In this document: positions 39,653 through 51,133 of the stretch, one piece after another
Position numbering within the stretch: the stretch's first letter is position 1
Layout: the number at the start of each line of letters is the position of its first letter
NCBI GenBank assembly: GCA_039621445.1
Contig: CP154954.1
Coordinates: 10,931,521 to 10,995,520 of the forward strand
Length of the DNA: 64,000 bases
Direction of reading: 5' to 3'
From: Euglena gracilis
Lineage: Eukaryota
The notes under the pieces: model-generated
Seen by the model: the letters and a program-made list of their open reading frames with translations, nothing else
Told to the model about the DNA's origin: nothing
Databases searched by the model: none
Position numbers and translations under genes: made by a program

Positions 39653-42600
39653 ATGTTCCTTGAAACAACCGACAACGAGCCAAAAGAACCAGTGGCCCGC
39701 AATGATCACGGTTGCTAGTGTGTTCATTGTGTGCACCAAGCAGGACGACGTGCTGTGGAGTGTTTCCACGTGTCACATGTGAACTCTTTGCAGCAGGGCG
39801 CACTGCTGGGGAGTACAGGGTGGGTCAACAAACAAAGAGCCCTGAAGGAGTCTGGAGTGTGAAAAGGTGCCCATATAATAAGGTTATTTTGGAGACAGGG
39901 GAGGTCTGGGAGTGCCAACCCACCCCGTTTGGATGAGACCATATTTGAAGACTGTGGATACCAATTTTGAATTTTTCCATTTCAGATGTCGTAAAAATTC
40001 CTTTCTTGAGTCATCCCCCCAAACTCCCAAACGAGCCCCCCCCCCCAAGGACTCATTTGGTGCCTGCCTCCAACCGCCTTCGGCGCCAAGGCTTATTTTT
40101 TCTGTACGTCTTTTGGTTAAGCCAGCCCCAGCGGGGTCTTAGAAAGAACGTGTTTGTCAGTGTGTTGCAAGTGGGATTCGACGCTTTTCGCTTGTGGGAA
40201 GTGCTTTTCTGCTTTCAGGTCATCAGCCATCTCCAAGGAGCTGCCACTCATGCGGGCACGTTGCTTTGAGTCAGACTTGTGGCGACAGGTGCAATGACGG
40301 AAAGAGCAGTCAGTTGCCATCGAGCAGACACTTTGTCACTTCTGAGGGATTTTAGTTCACACCCATGTGTAAGCGTGGATGAATATGGATGGATGATGGA
40401 TTGCAAACATCAAATGTATAACAACTTGAATTGTACATATGTATATATATTATGTATATATGTGTATCATGTGTATATATTATATTATTGTCTATATATT
40501 ACATATAATATAATATATATTATGTATATGTATTATGTGCATAAATGTTAATAAACATATACGTATATTTATATATAAGTATATATATATATATATTGAG
40601 TATCAGAAATTCTTTATTGTATGATCGCATCTTATTGTATCCTGCATATGCCCATTTGTTCGTCCTCTGTGTTCCTTGCCTCCTTGCGACCAGAACTTGG
40701 AGCGCAAGCAGGCCCGTGTTGTGAGCGGAGAGAAGCCGCCGGCGGTGCAGTGGGTGCACAAGACGTCGAAGCACCAGGCCGTCACGGAGCCCCGCGGGAC
40801 GATCATCAACGAGATGCGAGTGCTCCGGCAGGGGCCGGAGCTGTTGCGCCGCGAAACCCAGGTGGAATATGTTCTAGTTCTACGATTCATTTGAAGTCGG
40901 AGACGATGAATTACTAGAAGTGATACTGCTTCCATTTATGTTTTTTTTACGCCCTGAGGTGAAGTCAAGCTTCGGACCACCTGGTCGTTGACCACTGGTC
41001 AATGGTTTGGTGGTTGGGTGTGTGTCATTGCCCTTCCTGGGTTTCTGTCATTCTTTTTTTTTGTTTGGACCAACTTTTTTTTGCCCAGCCAACTTTTTTT
41101 TTAGGGAGTGGTTTGCGTATGTAATAAAGCCAAGTAAATCAACGAAACAAAGGAACCATAGTAAATAAGGCACTCTCTGGTTTCCGCATGTTGAGTTCTT
41201 ATCCCCCGCTTTTTCCTTCCTTGATCCACTGATCGACCGATGTATTTTGAAGAGATCTTTCTGAAATGACAGACGTTGGGCGACTTTTTGCTTTGGCTTT
41301 GCTCCTCAACTCCCTTTTGCGATGGTTTGATTGAAAGTGAGCCTGCTGTCCACACCAGAGCCAGTGGCTTTCTGGCGGCAAGCCAATACGTTGGAGGGAT
41401 ATTAATGGGAAGGGGTGGTGTGAAATTTATTTGGGCACTTCACACCATTTGGGCACCGCGCTAAATGGGGGGTATCACAGGCTTTTTAAAGGAAGGCTAC
41501 ACCTTTTAACCCGGAAGCTGTCATGGGCAGGCAGGAAGGAATGCATATTCGAGGGGTGTGTTTGGGGTGGGTGGGAAGTGCCATAGCACTCCCCCCCCCT
41601 GGAAATGCCTCGGAAAAAGGGCCCGAAGTGAAGACAAAAAACAACGCGCACCCCCCACTGTACCGCTTCGGGTGATGCCCAAATAAGTGTCACACCCCTG
41701 AGGGTTCAAAACGGTCCAATACTGTGCGCACCCTGTGCACCCAACCAATTGTCACAACACCCCCCCCCCTGCTGTAGGCCATGCTTTCCCAAGCGATTAT
41801 CCACATGCTGGGGTGGGTGGGGGGGGGGGGGGGGTGGGGGGTCCCAGTTCGTGCCATTACTTCGATTATCAGCATGCAATGCAAGCTCCGATTATAAGCA
41901 TGCCCCAGCCAACTCCAGCCAATTCCTTCAAATGACTTGTCCTGATTCTGCTCCGCAGGAAAAAAGAGACGTCCAGCGGCAAGTTGAAGAACGGAGGCAG
42001 CAAGCAGCGGTGTGCTTCCAACGATGACCCAGTCAGTTTTTGCGAGGACGGAGAGCACCTTGAAACGTTTTTTTTTTGTGGTGGATCATTTCTTGGTGTG
42101 TATGTTTTTTTCCTGAGTCTCAAACCCTCAGTTGTACAGAGCCCGCCCCCAATTGTCGGGCTTGCAGGTTGAAGTGTAATGTTGGGCGAATGACAGAAAT
42201 GGGGGAACCAACAATAAAAGAAAACCCTCCTGTTTTCTGCCCCAATTTGTGTCTTTTGCTTTTTGAGGGAACAATCTTTGGGGAAAATCGAATTTTTCAA
42301 TTGACTGTTTTGGAACGCCTTTTTTGTGCACCACACATCTTGTCCCTGGTCCATCAGGGGACGGTCAACTTTCGACGGAAGTTTCAACGCACTTGGGCGA
42401 GGGTGTTTCTTTTGTGGTTTTATTTATGGCTTTATTTTGTTTATTTATGGCTATTTAAACGGTCATTGAGCCGTTGGACTCACCTCCCCCAGTTGTCTTC
42501 CCCGCCGGTTGCCTTCCGCCGTGTTACCTGTGCCCGGGTACCCCCCCCCCGGGTGCCATTGTATTTCTGGCTGCCACGCAGTACGAAGCCCCCAAGTGGC

Positions 42601-43005
42601 GGCTCTTTGAGGGCCGGCTGGACTTTGCGGAGCGGCCTGCGCCCCACGCTGCCCCCGTAGCCAGCAGCCTCCCAGCCATATGTTCACAGCCCCCCCCCCG
42701 GGGGGATGGGAGTTTACGAGAGTGGGTGGGTGGGTGGGTTTGGGTCGCTAGACCCCCCTCCCCCAAGGGTGGGGGGGGGGCGCTGTGGCCGGAGGCAGGT
42801 TTGGCCTGAAAACTTTAAAAACATTTTTAGCTGGTTTCGGTGTGGATGGATTTTAAAAAAAATGGGTGGTGGGTTTTGGTGCGAAAAAAGTGCCCACCCC
42901 TCGCTGAGTGAATCTATGCACCCGGCGCCGCACGCGTGCGCGTTTGCCACCAGCAAAGGGCTGGCTCCCTCCCTGCCGCCAATCAACCGGATGGAGCACG
43001 CTTGA
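39653..43005 (+). CDS. Small multi-exon host gene, uncharacterised (start tentative)
   Basis: GC3-rich, phase-0 GT-AG exons 40694-40861 (NLERKQARVVSGEKPPAVQWVHKTSKHQAVTEPRGTIINEMRVLRQGPELLRRETQ), 41959-42009 (EKRDVQRQVEERRQQAA) and one starting at 42582 (YEAPKWRLFEGRLDF). Probable last exon KGLAPSLPPINRMEHA* ends at 43005; ATG 39653 and small exons near 39.8 and 40.2 kb are tentative. Confidence 0.6.
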
Positions 43006-45871
43006 TCCACCTCACCTCTCCAACCTCCTCTCCAACCTCTCCCCCTTTTTTCCCTCTCCCTCCTGTCCGTCTTTTTGTGCTTCTCACATTTTGGCTCCCC
43101 TGTTTTCTTTCCAACCTTGTGAACCACCTGTCTGTATGATTCTATTTTCTTCACTTTCTCTCAACAGGTCGAAGCAAAACCGAGCCATGTTAGGGAGGGT
43201 AGGCTGTTTCTTTTGTCAGAAATTTTGGTAGGTTTTGAATGACGGGCACGAACATTTTCAGTTTTCCTGCCCACAAAAAGAAAAGTGGCAAAACTGTGCC
43301 ACCCTCCTGGGGAGTGGGGGGGAGCCAAAAACCAGCCAGTCACCCTGGAAAAAAAAAACAATTCAGTCACGTCGGCTAGGTGGTTGCGGGATGGGCAGCT
43401 TTTATCAAAAAAAATTCACACCAAAATGATGGTGTGAACAATGAATGAACTTTGAAAAGTTCACAAATGAACTTTGAAAAAAATGGCCCAGAAGGTTCAA
43501 GTCTGTTCTCCAAACCCAAGGGGGGGATTTGGCCATTCTCGGTCACCTGGCACCAGGCACCTATGGCTAAAATGGCCTAAAATGGCCTAAAATGGTCTGA
43601 AATGAATTTTTGACCACCTATAGGTGGGGGTCCCTAAATGGCCTAAAATGGCCTAAAAAGGCCTAAAATGGCCTAAAATGGCTTAAAATGGGAAAAATTC
43701 TGCTGCACAACAGTTTTTTTTTGTGAATAAATAAAGCCATTCAGGTAATGACTTTCGGTATCTTTCGTTAATGTAGATGGCAAGCAGTGGATTTGGTGGA
43801 GGAGCACAGCCTCACAAGGCCTCTGGCCCCCTAAATGGTATCAGTCCTCAAATCACGGTCCCCACTCTGGGCTGAATTCTAAATTTTGGGGGCAAGACGA
43901 TGGTCTGTTTGCAAATAAAAATAGTGCTTGGAAGGCTGGGGAAAAAAAGAAGAAAAAGATGAAAGATGTTGGAAAAATCCCAAGGAGGAGGGCTGCCACG
44001 TCACCCGGGATTCCTTCGAACCAGCACAATTTCGGGTATTTTCCCCCTTCATGCCAATCAAATGACCCAAAAGACCCCCAATTTTGAATGAGATTCTCGC
44101 TATTTAGGCAGAAAGTCCCCAAAGAAACAAACACAAAGAGGAAGCTCTCAGTTGCCCTTTGATCTGTGAACCCTTCATTTAGCCAAAAAACATGCCAAAT
44201 GCCAAATGGCTAAAACAATGCCAAATTCTTGAATTCAGCAAAGTTTTTCATTTTTCTAATGCCACAACATTCATTTTTCCATTTTTCTTCCCATTCCACC
44301 TTTGGCGTTTTCTTTCTCACACTTTTTGACCCCCCACCTTTAACTTTTCTTTAATCCCACAAGTTTGCTGTTCCCACTGGGGTCCACTACTCAATTGTTG
44401 CTCACTCATTCATTTTTTGTTTTGATTTGTGGTTTTGTTTGAGATTGTCCTGCAAGAGATTCACATGGTGTTGAGCATACCCATCCTCATTTTTTTCCAA
44501 CATCTTTCATCTTTTTTTTCTTCTTTTTCCCCATGCTTTTTTTTCTTTTTTTTTCTCTTTTCCCATCTTCCAAATTGCACAATTTTTGCTCTTACTTACC
44601 ATTATTAGTTGCTTTTGAGACTGATACCAAATGCTTGCCTCTCCTTTGCCCTCTGTGCCCCTCTCATATGCCAAAAGGCTATGCCAAAATGCCAAATGGC
44701 AAATGCTTCAGCAACAGCATCATCTTTCAGAAAAAATGACTTCTTTTGCGAAATCCCGCAAAATGCTGTAGATTTCACAAAATACAAAAACCAGGCCACA
44801 AATAAAAAAATTTAATATTTGTCCGACGCTTTTTTTCTGAACAATCTTTCATTGCCGAAAATTCTTACTGTTCAGAATTCCTCTATGGGCGTGCATTAAG
44901 AATTGTTGAGCTTCCCATGGTTTTGATCCAGTGTTTATGAATATTGCATGCTTCTTTGGATGTACATTTCTGATCACCGAATAAGAGAAGTTTGCACACG
45001 TTATGATACAGTTTTCGGGACAAAAATGATGCAAAAGTATGATTTTCAGACCCCACGTATCTTTGTATACCTGCATACAAATGGCCTAAAATGGCCTCCA
45101 ATGGCCTAAAATGGCCTAAAATGGGAAGTTTTTGGGCTTGACTATAGGTGCCTGCCCGGCACCTTCGGGGCTGGGGGTATGTAAAACTCCAAAATCTGAT
45201 CCCCCCGTGCCCCCCATAGCACCCCTAGGGGTGTTGTGGGGCTAGGTGCTATCTTCCTTAAAAAGAGGCCTGGTGATCACCCTGGGTTCCAAAATCACCT
45301 GGAAATAAAATTAATACATAAATACATAAGTTACATCTGTAACGCATACATGCACACACACACACACATACACAACAAATCCACATAATATTTCTGTACA
45401 TCCATTCATTTAAAAATCATTAAAAGTTTTTTTTCTGGAGACCTGTGTCCCAAATTTTCAGCAAGGAAAGTGGGAGGAGTCTTGCTTGATATTTTAATTG
45501 AAACTCGAGGGGAATATTTTGAATTAACAGATGGATGCACAATAATATACAACTTTCTAATTTGTTGCATATTGTTATTCATGCATGCGCATGCCCCATT
45601 CATTTACAAGAACACACAAAAAAAGCACCATTATGTTGTATTGTAATGTTATAATGAAATAATATGTTGTTTTATTTATTATTCATATAATATTCTTACG
45701 ACATGTGATATTATCTATTGAAATGTGTGCACATATTTTTTAATTGTATTATATTATTATTATTAATACATATAAAATTAATGTTATGTTTTTCATGCAT
45801 TGTGCTATATAATAACATTTTATAAGGGTCATGGCCCCCAAATCCCCCCTACCCCAATTTTTTTTGTCCAA

Positions 45872-46085
45872 CGATGTTTTTTTTGGCCTCCCAGACCCCC
45901 TACCTACCTACCTACCGACCTAGGATGTTTTTTGGTCTTCCGGACCCGGAAAACATGTTTCTGAGCCGAAAATGGGCGTTTTTTTTTAACCCCCCAGAAC
46001 CCCGTTTTTTGGCCCGAAACCCTCGGTGTTTGGGTCAAAAAAGTGGGGGACAGCGCCAATTTTTTTGGCCTCCCAGACCGGAATC
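45872..46085 (-). repeat. Inverted, diverged fragment of the ~160-bp sub-repeat of the 1-7 kb array
   Basis: CCGGACCCGGAAAACATGTTTCTGAGCCGAAAATGGGCGTTTTT and TTGGCCCGAAACC are reverse complements of array motifs (e.g. 2409-2500). Confidence 0.8.
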
Positions 46086-46462
46086 GGACTCCCACGACAG
46101 AGGAAGGGGGGGGGAACCAAGACGGCTGGTGAGTGAGGTCCTGCTTTCTTTGCCGGCTGCTCTGTTCTGGTGTGTTTGTGCGTGCGCGGGGGGTGCCTCT
46201 TACTGCTTTGTTTGTTTCCGGAGTTGGCCGCTTGCTAATTCTGCCCTTCGACCTCAAGAAGAAAGGATTTTACTTCTACGAGTTCAAGTGGGATTATTTT
46301 CGAATGAGCACTACATTCACGAAGACCAGTACTTTATCAACTAGTGGACCGGACTTTTTCGGACCTTCAAATTCCTGGAGGACGAATTCAACTCTTCGAG
46401 TTCAACTGGAATTATTCCCAGGGGCATTGCACTTACTAAAACAAGATCAACAACTGGACTTA

Positions 46463-47158
46463 CTGTCATAGGAAAAAATAACATCCTGAAAAAATAACAT
46501 CTGGAAAAAATAAACTCTGAATAAATAACATCCAGAGAGGCTTGTAAAAAGGCACTTAAAGGTTATCTAGTTCCAGCGCTTCAGTCACCCGGACTGCGCC
46601 ATTGTTTAGTTGGAGGGAGTGCAAGGCATTGCAAAAAAAACTGGAGCGCACACCAGACATTTACCTACACCCCCCCACGAGTCATTGCCAGCTTCCCCCC
46701 CCAAGGACCCCCACAGGACAGGGTCCTGGGGGGGGGACTGGCCATAAATGCCCCCCACACACCCCACACTTGACCAGTTTAGGCTTAAGGCAGGTGGGAG
46801 GGTCAGACTCCCCCCCCCGATCCAGGAGGGGGGATCGGGCATATATTGCAATAATTGGGTGATCCCAACACAAACAAATAGCATCTGGTGAGAGTATCCA
46901 GAGCATAACCCATGAAACGGTCCATTCTTTACTTCAAAAAGGCAAGGATTGAATGCAAGCCTGATGGACAGCCTCGTCCTTTGGTAATGATTGTCACAGT
47001 CGTTCGTGTTCTTCATCCCACATCCTATCCACTTTATACATCTTATCTATTTTCGACTTATTTCTGGAGCAAATGAATAAAAAATAACATCTGACTAAAT
47101 AACATCTAAAAGCGGCTTAGATGTTATTTTTTACTGATGTTATTTTTTCCTATGACAG
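46463..47158. mobile_element. TA-flanked MITE (Tc1/mariner-type termini)
   Basis: Perfect 23-bp TIR CTGTCATAGGAAAAAATAACATC / GATGTTATTTTTTCCTATGACAG, TA on both sides, subterminal AAATAACATC repeats. Confidence 0.9.
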
Positions 47159-47764
47159 TACATAAAGAATGAATCTCAAAAAAAATCAGACTGCCAAGAA
47201 GAGCTTCAAAGAACTTCCAAGAAGGCAGCTGAAGCCGGGGAAGGTGGAGACACACAAGCAGCTGAATTTCAAAACCTCCCACTCAACATGATAATCGCCA
47301 TGGACCATGGACAACTGTGGTCAGGAAGACAAGAAGACAGAGGGGAAATACCATCACAGGTCCAACAAACTCCCCCCCTCTTTCTATGTCCCCCCCTTCC
47401 AGGGTACAAGGCAAGGGTTATGGCAGCCTTTCAACAAATATCAAAAATACAAGGGATTCAAGTCACCATCAAGGCTATGGCAGCCATCATCCAAAAGGAC
47501 CTGGGGTACAGATTCAAGGCTATGGCAGCCATCATTCAAGAGGGCAGTGGGCCCAGGGGCAAGGCTATGGCAGCCAGTACCCCTGCCTGGAGCCTGGAAA
47601 CATTTCATTCGGGAAAGGTATGTCCAACTTTCCCCCCAGCAATTTCAGAGACAAACCCCCCGGAAGCAGCAGCCCAATGCCAAAAACAGGCCATGGTGGC
47701 CTATATGGGGAATCAAGAGGGACAGAGAAGAGACAAGAGAAGTTCTGGAGAGAAGGCCAGTGGC

Positions 47765-48958
47765 CACCTTCCTGTATGACATGAATTTTTGGGTCACAAA
47801 TTTGCCCGATTCTTTTCTGACTGCTTTTAATTTGTAAGAGAGGATTTGGAGCAGTTCTTTTTCCAAGTCCAAAAAAACCCCAAATGTTCCACGTGCTGAC
47901 TGGGGGAGGTGTTTGACTTCTTGAGATTTACGGTCATCCCACTTCCTCTGAGGTCCTGTAGTAAAGTTTCTGTGTGCTGGGTTGCCAGACTTTTTGACTT
48001 GGCTAGTAAGAGGATGTCGTCCAGATAGACAAAAACAATCAACCCCTGTCTTCTCCACTTTTTGAGAAACACTTGCATAACCTGCATCCAGAGATATGGA
48101 ATGGTTGAGAGGCCAAAACAAGCCCCATCCATTCGAAAAACTTATGTCCTGTTTTCATACGAATGTAAGGTTTTATGACTCGGGACAGCTCCAGATGTAA
48201 GTAAGCATATTTCAAGTCAACTTTTGTGGCCCACATTCCTTTTTCCAGATGAGGAAAAGTGTCTCTCCCATGGTCCAGTTTAAAGTGAGGAGGGTTTAGG
48301 TGCAGATTTATTGCCCCGCAGTCTGAGATCAGTCTCAGTTTTTGTCACACCCTGGATCTTCTTTCTTTATGACAAACCAAGGTAAAAGGAAGGCTGTCCC
48401 TTCTTCTTGAATTTCCTTTGCTGCCACCACCAGGCTTGTGCTTAGTCGGGTGCCTAGGGGGTGCTAGGGGCAGGAACCCCAGAGCAACCAATCCGACCCC
48501 CCCCCCTTGGGGGTAGGGTTTTGGGGAGTGCCTGCCCGTGGCAGGCACCCCCCTCAGACCCCGGCGCCGAAGGCGCCGGGGGCCCGGAAAATGCCATTTT
48601 CAATGAAAATTTTCTGGGTCCCCCCCGGACCCCTATCCTCCCGGGGGGGGGGTGTCTGCCAGGGGCTGGCACCCTATAGCACCCACCCAACCTCCCCCCG
48701 CCACGGTTGGTAAGCACCAGCATAGTCCCCACCTTGAAATAATCGTCCATGACTTCTGGAGCCGTCCTGATTTCTTCTGGGGTTTTTCTTTTCATGTTTG
48801 GGGGGAATCAGTACCTGAGGGAACTGTGGTTCCACCCCCTCCCAGATTAGCTTTTGAACGAACTGGGGTGCACGCTTTTTACACCACTGGTGACACATTC
48901 TGAGCCTGTTGAAAGGACTGAGCTCCTGCAAGGGGTCTTGGACCTCTTGTCCGGACAT
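47765..48958 (-). pseudogene. Decayed reverse transcriptase of a DIRS-like (tyrosine-recombinase) retrotransposon
   Basis: Frameshifted pieces in order: LLPWFVIKKE, KLRLISDC, WATKVDLKYAYLHL, CFGLSTIPYLW, VFVYLDDILLLA, GMTVNLKKS..PSQHVEHLGF. The style matches DIRS/Ngaro RTs. No RNase H, methylase or recombinase is visible, so the superfamily is inferred. Confidence 0.75.
48431..48724. mobile_element. hAT-like MITE inserted in the DIRS-like RT
   Basis: TIR CAGGCTTGTGCTTA / TAAGCACCAGCATA (11/14), flanks GCCACCAC/GTCCCCAC (6/8). Removal approximately rejoins DDYFKVG to AAKEIQEEGTAFLLPWFV. Confidence 0.7.
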
Positions 48959-49665
48959 GGCCGCTGTGGCCCTGAGAAATAGTGTACGTCCCCTGACTCT
49001 ATTCCCACTGCCTGTCGGCCTACTTACACCCTCCCGTGGGAACAGAACCAGGAGAGTAACAAAAAAAGAAAGTCTTTCACTTAAATATTACTTTTTATTG
49101 CCTTTGGGCTTATGCAAACCAGGTGTGATTTTGGAACTTCTGTTCCACAATTGTTCTCCAATCGGAGTGTCGAAATCGAAGTTGCCTTTGATCCGGCAAA
49201 TGAAATCATGAATGAAATAATACCACCTGTGAAGGGAAAGGCAGATCCGAGATAGGATAGGCCATTCCTAATTCTGCAATTTGTGTTGCAGAACATGGGA
49301 TAGTACTATCTAACATGACATTGTACATTCTGCAGGCTGCTGCTATGCACAGTGCCATGTTCATGCTGCCTGGTACACATCCCCCTCCCAGGGCTTTGCC
49401 CGATTTCCTTACTGGACCAGGCCAGCAAGGATTCAAGCAGTGCTCTGAGACTGAGGAACGTACACCAGGACCGCATGTCTTGGGTCTGCTTCTCCATCAC
49501 AAGGTCAAAAACCAGAAACGGAAGGAAGAGAGGGGAACCCAAAAACCCAAAACGCGCAAAAGAGGTTATCCGCTTATGCGGTTACCTTCTTATTGCGGTA
49601 AAGGGGTGGAAGTGTAAGAGCCCATTGGAAAACGGGGCTGGAAGGTTTCCATTCCAGAAAGTCCC

Positions 49666-49896
49666 TGTTCCCACCCATCAGAAGCCCTTTTGTTTCAAAA
49701 CGACTTTTCCGCAAAACGGCGAAACAGCCGTTTAGTCGTCAGCAAAACGGCAAAAAAGCCGTTTCGCCATTGGCAAAACGGCAAAAAAGCCGTTTCGCCG
49801 TTGGCAAAACGGCGAAAAAGCCGTTTTGCCAGCCAAAAGTGGGGAAAACGGCAAAAAAGCCGAAAAGCCGAAATGAAACACATACGGGTGGGAACA
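49666..49896. mobile_element. Short MITE with internal AAAACGGC(A/G)AAAAAGCCGTTT hairpin repeats
   Basis: TIR TGTTCCCACCC / GGGTGGGAACA enclosing 3-4 tandem ~31-bp units. Confidence 0.7.
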
Positions 49897-49923
49897 CCAT
49901 CCACCCGGTTTGGGGTGTGTCTA

Positions 49924-50782
49924 TGACACGCGGGGAGGTCTCATTCCATAATCGGAAAAGATTGAAGGGTAGGGTGTGGAAGGGGGGGGGGCACCTGGCC
50001 AGTCATATCTGACCAGGGAGAAAGACCTATTTACAAAACCAACTGCCGGCGACAGCGATGTTTTGCCCAGGGGGGTAAAGGGGAGAGGAGTGGGGGGCTG
50101 GTCTAAAGACCTTACAAAGAATTTTTGCTGTCTGGCAGTCTTATGGGGGCCTTAAGGCCGAAAAGTAACAAGTTGAGGCTATTATTGCGGTGTGCGCGCT
50201 GTACGCTGTGTGTCTTCTTACTGGCGGAATATACCGCTAGTGAGGGCTTCACAGTGCTGCGCGGACCCGCCGTCGGCGATGGGGTATCCCCAGAGGCTTA
50301 TACCTCAGAATAGCAGGCAGTAGCCCTAAAAACTGTAGATTTGACAGTTGTGCCTTGGGTGTGCAGCCTGTGTGCTGAAGGGTTGGCATTAACCAAAAAT
50401 AATGGGGGGCAGGCTTTATCGCCCACAAAAATTGCCTTGCGGAACATGCATGGCACAAAAGTACTACTGGGTGTATTGTGTACCAGGCGTATGCTTCTGT
50501 CCCCTTCCGTTGAGGAAGTTAGGATGGAAGCAGATCCTATTAGGATTTCCTAATGGGTGCCCCTTCTCTCTCCACAGGTGGTATTCTGTTTGTCTTTCCT
50601 TTTCTCCGGACCGGACTTGGTTATCCAGTCCGTCCTCCCTGCATTGCTCCGTGCTTTGCTTCTTGGGAAGTGGGAAAAGGGTTTTCACTGTTACTCTGAT
50701 TTTCAGTTCCCAAGTAGGTGCGCCAAGGCGAAAGCGAAGGCTTTTGGGAATTGGGAAAGGGGAATTGGGAATCAGACGTACA
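49924..50782 (+). repeat. Putative 5' LTR (about 860 bp)
   Basis: Non-coding stretch ending in CA 2 nt before the first PBS; the TG start (49916, 49918 or 49924) is uncertain. Confidence 0.55.
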
Positions 50783-50784
50783 CT

Positions 50785-50941
50785 TGGTAGCAGATTGGTT
50801 ACGATCCTACACATACTTCACAAACAGAAACGCTATCAAGTATTACACTTGGTAGCAGATTAGGTCACGATCCTACACATACAACCCATACAGAAAGAAA
50901 GGCTACCAGGTATTACACTTGGTAGCAGATTGGTTCGATCC
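50785..50941 (+). promoter_or_regulatory. Three tandem primer-binding sites complementary to initiator tRNA-Met
   Basis: TGGTAGCAGA at 50785, 50850 and 50920, each preceded by TACACT and followed by (T/A)GGT..CGATCC. This is the complement of the 3' end (UCUGCUACCA) and T arm (GGAUCG) of AGCAGAG-type eukaryotic tRNA-iMet. Confidence 0.85.
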
Positions 50942-51133
50942 TACGCTGACTGGCAGCGGAGAGCCCCTGCACCATTATTACACGGTCGCAGCGTCAGCTC
51001 CCGGCTTCTAGTCAACGTCTAAGCAGACGAGCAGGCTCCGGAAGGCTCTGTACGGTATTACCCGTTACAGCCCCTCTGGTGCCAGCACAACTGCTTAGTT
51101 TTGTCGGTTTTTGCTGTTTTTGTCATCAGAAAG

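Noticed and set aside
50779-50945. Repeat-spacer array next to an RT gene, read as a mini-CRISPR
   Set aside because: The two linkers resemble each other (CA.ACAGAAA..GCTA.CA.GTAT) and the repeat is explained as LTR end plus tRNA PBS.
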